DNA of 13,403 nt from Paramoeba atlantica (Eukaryota; Protista; Discosea). The stretch is from positions 1 to 13,403 of the forward strand of contig CDRNVI010000210.1 in the NCBI GenBank assembly GCA_977017575.1. The letters run 5' to 3'. The notes below the pieces were generated by a model that saw only the letters and a list, made by a program, of their open reading frames with translations, was not told the origin of the DNA and searched no databases. This document shows positions 1 through 7,195 of this stretch, piece after piece; within the stretch, counting starts at the first letter, position 1, and each line of letters starts with the position of its first letter. Both the position numbers and the translations under genes were made by a program.

Positions 1-336
1 GAGAGAGGAGAAATTGAAAAAAAAGAAACCTCAAAAGCAGAAACTTCACAACCCCCAAGAGAGTCATAAAATAACAATTCATTCAACTAAAAACAAAAAA
101 AAAACAAACCAACCAGGAAAAAAAAAAAGAACAAGAAAACCAAGAAGGGGAACGTGAACGTGAACAGAAAAAGCAAAAAAAAAAACAAGGCTCTGTCACA
201 CAAAAATATTATGATTTTTTTCTTGCTGTCTTTTTTTGAAAAGAAAAAAATGAAAAGACTTGGTACCTTACTTGGGGGAGGAGCGCGTTCTTTTTCGTTT
301 TTTCTGTTCGGTTCTGTTCTTTCAGTTTTTCTTTTG

Positions 337-495
337 TTTTTGTTTGTTTGTTCTTTTGTTTGATTGTTTTTTTTTGGTTTCTCTTTTGTTTTGTTTTTGT
401 TTGTGTGTTTGCTTTTGTTTGTTTGTTCTTTTGTTTGATTGTTTTTTTTTTGTTTCTTTTTTGTTTTGTTTTTGTTTGTGTGTGTTTGCTTTTGT
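337..495. repeat. T/G-rich low-complexity tract with a ~75-bp imperfect tandem duplication
   Basis: TTGTTCTTTTGTTTGATTG...GTTTGTGTGTTTGCTTTTGT occurs twice; the GATTG anchors at 362 and 437 give a period of 75. It lies inside a wider T-rich tract (about 290-545). Confidence 0.8.
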
Positions 496-1368
496 GTTTT
501 TTTGTTTTGTTTTTTGTTTTATTTTTTCTTTCAGTTCCTTGATGTGTTTGTTTTGAAAGGATGATTGCCAGACAGTGAATTTGAGAGGATTGATTGAGAT
601 TTTTTTTGGGTTGGTGCACACTTTTCAGGCAACCACTGTTTCTTTTTCTTCAAGTGCAGGGATGCAAACTATTGTTCTGTTAATTGTTTATTATCTGATG
701 AACCATAGAATCCAACTTTCTCCTCTTCATCCCCTTCTAAACAAGATTCTATCACCTTTTCCCATTTGTTCTGCAGAAGAAAATGATGGGTATGAAGATC
801 TCTTAAGTGGCATTCATCAATTCAAAATATTGAATTTTCTTCCTCTTTATTTTTGTTTTTTTAATCAAAATAAAAAATTTATTTTTTTTGAAAATTTTTT
901 GAATTTTTTGAATTTTTTCATTTCGAAACGAAAAAACTCTGGGTTTCACCCTCACCCAAAACTCTGGGCCCAGAATTTTTCAAAAAAAAAAAAAAACAGG
1001 AAAATTCCTCCCTTTTAGAAACCCTCATTACATTAAATTATGTTTGTTTTTTTAACCTCTAACGAGAGGTGAAGTTTTAAACTTCAACTTAGTTCAGTCA
1101 GTCTTTATGCTGAACTTTAGAACTTCTACAAGTTCAGGCTGGAGGATGTACATCAGAAGGGAGAATAATCCAAAGCTCCTTCCAAGGGAATTTATCCTCA
1201 ACTTTTTAGCAGACAGGGCTGAGATGTAACCTGTTCCAATTTTCACACTTCTTCAAGAGCTCCTCACTCCAATCAAATCACTCTACAGCACCAGAAAAAT
1301 TTTCTATAATATCGAAAAACTGGGATTTGAACTCGCCCCCCTGGGGTTGGACATAGTCAAATTTATGA

Positions 1369-1640
1369 CTAAACTACGGGCACCAACCCCCACACCCGAG
1401 AAGTCCTTCGTTTAGGAGAAACGGAGGTGCTCGAAGAAGAGCCCGAGGAGCTTGAAGAGCTTGAGGACTTGGAAGAGGAAGAAGACTTCTTGGTTGATTT
1501 AGAGGTTGACAGTTTGGAGGTTTTCAATGACTTAGAGGAAGAGGAAGAGGAAGAAGACTTCTTGGGTGACTTGGAAGTCAATGATTTGGAGGATGATGAC
1601 TTAGAGGAAGATGATTTAGAAGGAGGTGGATTCAGAGGGT
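1369..1640 (-). other. Ser/Lys-rich low-complexity C-terminal tail of Pol, with a 72-bp (24-aa) imperfect duplication
   Basis: PPPSKSSSSKSSSSKSLTSKSPKKSSSS...SKSTKKSSSS...VSPKRRTSR is in frame with the chromodomain. GAGGAAGAAGACTTCTTGG occurs at 1475 and 1547. Confidence 0.8.
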
Positions 1641-1644
1641 GTTT

Positions 1645-1800
1645 CTGATGATATCTTTTGATTTGTTCTGAAGCATCAATTTGTGAAACATGGATCCATT
1701 CAGTGTCAGCCTTTTGGTAGTGTTTGAAATACACTCAGTAATAAAGTTCTCCATTCGAATACTTATGCTTAAGGATTTCCTTCACTTCAAAATCATAACC
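1645..1800 (-). pseudogene. Chromodomain at the integrase C-terminus (element 1)
   Basis: DFEVKEILKHKYSNGELYY*VYFKHYQKADTEWIHVSQIDASEQIKRY matches the chromodomain pattern (F/Y)EVExIL..R....Y.VKWKGY....TWEP..NL; there is an internal TGA at 1735-1737. Confidence 0.85.
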
Positions 1801-1899
1801 ATCATCATCTTCAACAATCTCTTTGGGTGCTGGCTCTGAATTAACAATAGATATTTCATTTGATTCAGGATGCAGAGTAATCTCGTACCGAACATGGAG

Positions 1900-3150
1900 T
1901 TTCTTTAAGTTCTGAATGTTTTGAATTTCTGAATTCTTCTCTCATTTAAGTTCTTGAATCTGGTAACTTCCATTCTTAAGATCCTCCACAATCACATAAA
2001 TCTCTTGGTAGTAATAGGGTCTGTACTTCTTTGTAATCTCTTTTCCTTTTGATTTGTTTCTCTTCAACACTTGATCACCAACCTTCAACACAGTGTATGT
2101 TCCTTCATTTGCTTTGTCATATCGTTGTTTTTGTTTCACAGCCACTTTCTCTCTCTCCTCTCAAACCCAATTAATCACACCCTCCCTTTCAGTTTGTAGC
2201 TTCTTGACGTAGTCATCAATCAGTACCACTGGTTTGTTCACAGAGCCAAAGAGAGAATTGATTGGCATAATTGGATGTTTCCCAAAGTGAAGATAGAAAG
2301 GTGTGTAACCAGTCAAGGAAGAATGAAAAGTATTGAAAGCAAATTCCACAAGAGGTAAGAGAAGGTTCCAATTGTCTGCATATTTATCAACAAATGAGCA
2401 AATGATTGATTCTGTAACTTTGTGGGAACATTCAACACAGCCATTACTTTTGGAGTTGTAGGGGGCAATAAAAGTTTGTTTCATTCTGAGAAGCTGGGTC
2501 AGTTCTGCAAAAATTTGATTTGCAAATTCTGAACCATTATCTGTTACTATCCACAAAGGCATTGAATTAACACAAACATACTGAAGTAAGGCTTCAGCAG
2601 AGGCTTTGGCAGAGGGATCTGGAATTGCATACAGACGTATATAGCTACTAAAGTTATCAAGGATAGCCAAAATAAAAGAATTCCCACAAGCAGTGACTTT
2701 TGGTCCCTTTGTACAATCCAGGTGGAGTAAAATTCCAGGATAAGAAGCCATGTAAGGGTTTAAATCAGATGTCAATGTCTTTGTTTTCGAGTTGATCACA
2801 CAATTAAGGCAGCAGTGATAGTAACCTTTGATCGCAGCACTCATACCAGGAAAATAATAGGAGACAGCAATTGCATCATAAAGTCACTCAAACTTGCAGT
2901 GTCCAGAGATTAGATCTGAATGATAAGCATTAAATACTGTATTCCACAAACTCTGGGGCAGAATTGCAGGTGGGAGACAACCAGCAGCTGTAGTTTCATC
3001 CACTTTCCTCAAGATTCCGGATTCATCAACCCAGTACTTGTGAGCAGTTCGTTGGAGTGCCCAAAGATAGCACTTCCTCTTAGGCAAGAGGCCATTAATC
3101 AAGTAGTTAATAATCATTGAGCAAAACTTATCTTTCCTTTGGGCCTGAGC
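1900..3150 (-). pseudogene. Retroviral-type integrase (element 1)
   Basis: Zinc-binding region H..SGH...CLNC; catalytic HLD (about 2716), VTDNGSEF (about 2539) and NGCVECSH (about 2431); then W..LLPLVEFAFNT...TGYTPFYLHFG and a KVGDQVL GPY/F-like region. Confidence 0.95.
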
Positions 3151-3429
3151 AAGGTAAGGAAGTTCAACTAAAACCCAATCAATGTCATCCATATCCACTT
3201 CAACATTCTCAGAACTTTTTTTTGCTGTGGAAAGTGGCAGAGGCAGTGATCAAATAGGAGGAATGTCATGAATTTCCAGCTCACTGATTAATTCAATTTT
3301 TTCTAAAATGTCATTTTGTCTCAAGAAGATATGGGTTTTTCCTGAAGAAGATTGTCCCAAATCCACCAACTCTTCAAACCAATGAGTCACATAATCCTTT
3401 GAAGTGGCCTTATCATGATATCCAACATA

Positions 3430-3830
3430 CTGGCGGCTTAGAGCATCAGGGATTGCCATCAACTTTCCAGGTTTGTGAATGACCTTTGGGTGATATTCTA
3501 GAATTCGAGCAACCCAATCGCACAGCATATCATGGTTTGGTACTTTCTGTTGACCTGTTTTAAACATAGATTTGAGAGATTCGCAATCACAGAACACAAT
3601 AGGATTTCGACCACAGATATAATACTTGAAGTTGTTTAATGCCCACAGGATTCCAAGGCCCTCTCACAGAGGATTAGTATACTTCTGCTGTGTCTCTGTG
3701 AGTGTTCGAGAAGCATACTCAATAACTCAGTGGTGGCCATCTTGATCCATCTGAGTGAGAATCGCTCCAAGACCAAGCTTGCTGGTGTCAACATGGATAA
3801 AAAATTCTTTTGAGAAGTCAGGATGGGCCA
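3430..3830 (-). pseudogene. RNase H (element 1)
   Basis: HPDFSKEFFIHVDTSKLGLGAILTQ...IEYASRTLT...W.ARILEY..KVIHKPGKLMAIPDALSR. Confidence 0.93.
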
Positions 3831-4400
3831 TACAGGTTTTGGATGTCAAGAGCTCCTTTAAGAGATGTATCTCCTTGATGGATTCTTGGGATAGTGAAAA
3901 CTTCTTTGGATCCATCACTTTGGCTTTTCTCAAGTGTGTTGTTAAACTGGATGAATGAGGGATGAACCATTTTAACCAAGTAACCATTTCCAAAAATCTC
4001 TCAACTTCCTTTGGAGTAGTTGAAAGTGGGTAATTCTGGATTGCCTCAACTTTTTTCGGATTTGGCTTCAAACCAGCCTTTTCAATGTCTCCTTCTCTGA
4101 TTGGGATCAACTAGAAAGCCTCAGACAGGTCAATAGAGGAAAAATAAGAAGAACTGCCAAGTGCAGCTAAGATTTCATCCATACAGGGTAGTGGATAAGA
4201 GTCCTTCTTTGTTTTTTCATTCAGGCGATGGAAATCCACACAAAACTGAACATTTCCATTCTTCTTGTCCACCAAGAGAATTAGAGCAGCCCAAGGAAAG
4301 TTAGATTTTCTAATCACTTTCCTTTTCACCATCTTGTCAATATGTTTCCATATGATGCAGTCTTCAACAGGTGTGGTTCTACAGGGTTTTGCTCTCAAGG
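3830..4400 (-). pseudogene. Reverse transcriptase with the catalytic core deleted (element 1)
   Basis: VIRKSNFPWAALILLVDKKNGNVQFCVDFHRLNEKTKKDSYPLPCMDEIL...SIDLSEAF*LIPIREGDIEK joins directly to AGLKPNPKKVEAIQNYP. The PFGL and YxDD region is absent. Confidence 0.93.
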
Positions 4401-5349
4401 GTGGACCCTTTGCCTCGATTGGATGACTCGTTGCCGTGGTTTTAGTAATTGGACCTTCTCACTTCTCATCATCCCACAAGTCTTGGAAAGAAACCAACAT
4501 CTCCACTAATTGTATTTTCTGCCTGTCATTCAATTCAGCATTATCCAAACCAAATTTCTCGTATGCTTCTTTGAATTTATCAGACAGATCTTTTTTATAT
4601 GCAGCAGATTTGTTTTGGGTGGCAATGTGAGTAAGCAACTGTATCACAGATGAGTCACAATCGAGGTCAGGGTCGGGGTGTTTGGTGGATCAATCAGATT
4701 TGCCATTTTGATGATCATGCAACTTCTGTCTCTTCTGTTTAGGTTTTTGAAATAAATCCTTATCCTCAATCATTTTCTCAAGCCATGGTCCAGCGAGTGT
4801 ACAGAGATAATTGGCACCAGTCTTTGTATTAACTGATTTTGTGCAAGGTGATTGTTTCTTGGGTACAGATTTTTGAAGACAGGGTTCAATCAAAGAGTGT
4901 TTTGAGAGTTGAAGAAGTTCAGTGTTTTCAACATCATGGTCATTAAGCTGATAAACTGTTCCAACTTCGAGATTTTTCTTCACTTGGACCTCAGTTTCAG
5001 AATGATTCATCACAAGAACATTCAGTGTGTTGTGTTTTTTACCTTGCTTGATTGTAACCAAGCCAAGAAGGAATAACAAACTCTCTGATTCAATTGATGG
5101 AAAGAAGAATCCTTCAGGTGACAATGCACAGCCGTTCAGCATTAGTGGAAGGAACACTGATGATCTCAGAGGGATTGCCTTTGTCTCAGCCAAGAGTACT
5201 AAGGTCTTATCTCACCTCTCTACATCAATGTAAAAATCTGAATCTGTGACCTGAGGAAGGGTGATGTTGAGCTGTGCCAAATTTGCTTGGATGCATTTCC
5301 AACCTTTCCATGTTAAATGACCATCTCTGAGGCCTAGACGACATTGTTT

Positions 5350-5620
5350 CATGTTTGAACAGGAAGGTCATCAATAATGAAGAACCAGAGTCCTTGGGAA
5401 AACCTCTTTCCGACTTGACCACAGTGTGAATCTCTTCATTAATCACAACTTTAGTTGAGTTTCCCACTTTGACTTGAAGCTCATCAGCTTGCCATCAGTT
5501 CAAGATCTCAAATCCAGGACACAAAAGTTGCTGACAATTGATTACATTGATATCAGATCCCGTGTCTATACAAGTAGTAGTTGCTAATCCACCTACCTGA
5601 GACACAACTTCAAATGCACA
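5350..5620 (-). pseudogene. Retropepsin-type aspartic protease (element 1), frameshifted
   Basis: CIDTGSDINVI with DTG at 5558-5566, then LQVKVGN; downstream FFIIDDLPV appears in another frame. There is a TGA at 5495 and there are two frameshifts near 5350-5420. Confidence 0.8.
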
Positions 5621-6274
5621 ACCAATATCCCGGCTTTCCACATTGATTACTAAATTTGGAAGAACATTGATCATGTGATCCAAAGGAAGGTTGGTATGGG
5701 ATGATGGATCAGCCCAAACATAAACATCAGAGTGTTTCAGAGGTTCTTGAACATGAGTGTTGGACTGACTCAGAGGTTCTTTGAATTCAGTTGAGCAACT
5801 AAATGAAATCGAAGAATACAATACAATGGGCTCAGAGCAGTAGAAAAACCCAATGGGAAAACTGGTGCTCAAAGTTCAAAAAAAAAAAAAAGTTGCTTGC
5901 TCAAAAAACCAATTGGTGGAAAAATAGCTGATTCAAAAAGAAGATAAACGATCAAAAGTAGAAGATTGGTTGTTGTGAGAAAACCTGGCCTTCAGGAAAA
6001 AACCTCACCAGAATGTTTGTTCACAAAAACAAGGCACTGTTGTTGTTTCAATTCAAAGAACAAATGTTCAATCTCAGTATCGAAAGTGAGTGTGAGTTCT
6101 GAAAATCAAAACCAGCATCACCAATGAACACGTCTACTTTGGTACAGACTAAAGAAGGCGTGTCAGAAATATGTTGAATGGACAACTGAAGAGCAGTCCT
6201 CAGAAGTCTCATGAAAAAGTGAGAAACTTCCTGATAACATCATCAATGGTGTTCTTTATTTAGATTCACAGAAG

Positions 6275-6340
6275 GTCGACTTGGAGGAGACCAAGGGTCG
6301 ACTTGAAGGAGATTGGGAATTGACTTGGAGAAGATCAAGA
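6275..6340. repeat. Three imperfect copies of a 22-bp tandem repeat
   Basis: GTCGACTTGGAGGAGACCAAGG / GTCGACTTGAAGGAGATTGGGA / ATTGACTTGGAGAAGATCAAGA, starting at 6275, 6297 and 6319. Confidence 0.8.
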
Positions 6341-6530
6341 GTCGGATCAAACGAATAGAGCAGAGAGCTAAGTGTCTTCAGAGTAGCGCATATTGCTCAT
6401 GTGCACAGGCACTGCAGGAACAAACACCATTCTCATGCATAGAGGCAACAAGCATTACTTTTCTGATACCTGGGTTGCTCTCATGTGTATTTGATCATTT
6501 CCCAAAGTTGACCTTTGATTCTCTTCCAAT

Positions 6531-6557
6531 CTCTCTCTCTCTCCCTCTTTCTCTCTT
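6531..6557. repeat. Imperfect (CT)n microsatellite
   Basis: CTCTCTCTCTCTCCCTCTTTCTCTCTT. Confidence 0.7.
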
Positions 6558-7195
6558 TCAACATTGGATCATCTGCAAAGCTGATGTGCAGATTAAGTTC
6601 TACAGGGGTTGTAAAAGAAAAGGGAAAGCACAAGTTTTTGTTAGAAAAGTTAAAAGTGGTTTACTAAGGAGGTTAAAGGTCAGGTGTGATGAAAGAAAAG
6701 GTCTGTGGAGAATTCTTTCAGACATGACCATTCTGGGAAGCAGTTACTGGATCAATAAAGGTGTCCAAAGACAATTTGAGGAATATCTTCTTTAGCATTC
6801 TAGTATAACATGTTATTTTTTTTTTCACATTTCTTGTTTTGTTGTGGGAGTTTGGTTGTTTGTTCATTCATTTAGTTTTGTTCAGAAGCAGCTGTGCACC
6901 CTTCCAGGGCTTGAAAAACATCTAGCTTGTGTTATAAGGATTTGTAAAGCAATGAAGATGTTGTAAAAAGTTTGGAATTACATGGAAAACCCAGTGGGAA
7001 AAAAGCCATGGTTCAGGAGTTGTCCACAGGAGGGAGCCAATGCCAAGAACTGGTGTGGAAGGGGCAAAAGCTCATTGTGTGAGAAAACTCAAGAGTTTTG
7101 GGAGGAAAACCTCACTTTCTTGCAAGAGGAAGGACCATTGGAGTGTAACTCTTGGTTTGTTATTTATAATCAGCATAACAAGTACTGGCTTGTAG

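Larger units (their letters stand above)
1335..5700 (-). mobile_element. Decayed chromodomain-bearing Ty3/gypsy LTR retrotransposon, element 1 (PR, RT, RNase H, IN, chromodomain)
   Basis: The domain order PR-RT-RH-IN is diagnostic of Ty3/gypsy. One frame runs from about 5350 to 1369 with in-frame stops but no frameshift. No gag or LTR pair was recognised, so the boundaries are approximate. Confidence 0.95.

Noticed and set aside
154-621. Overlapping ORFs rich in Phe/Cys/Val or Lys/Gln/Thr
   Set aside because: These are translations of the T/G-rich low-complexity tract, which lacks stops in several frames. There is no domain signal.
1312-1383. Functional tRNA gene
   Set aside because: A/B-box-like motifs are present, but the acceptor, anticodon and T stems cannot pair.
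1427-1648. Acidic Glu/Asp/Leu ORF on +
   Set aside because: It is the antisense shadow of the Ser/Lys-rich Pol tail.
1369-5500. Element 1 is intact under a TGA=Trp (or other TGA-sense) nuclear code
   Set aside because: TGA sites align with Arg/Lys positions rather than Trp, the conserved Trp is TAG, the RT core is deleted, and R>C/H/Q changes co-occur. CpG decay explains the pattern better.
6275-6340. CRISPR array
   Set aside because: The units are contiguous with no unique spacers, the context is eukaryotic, and no cas genes are present.
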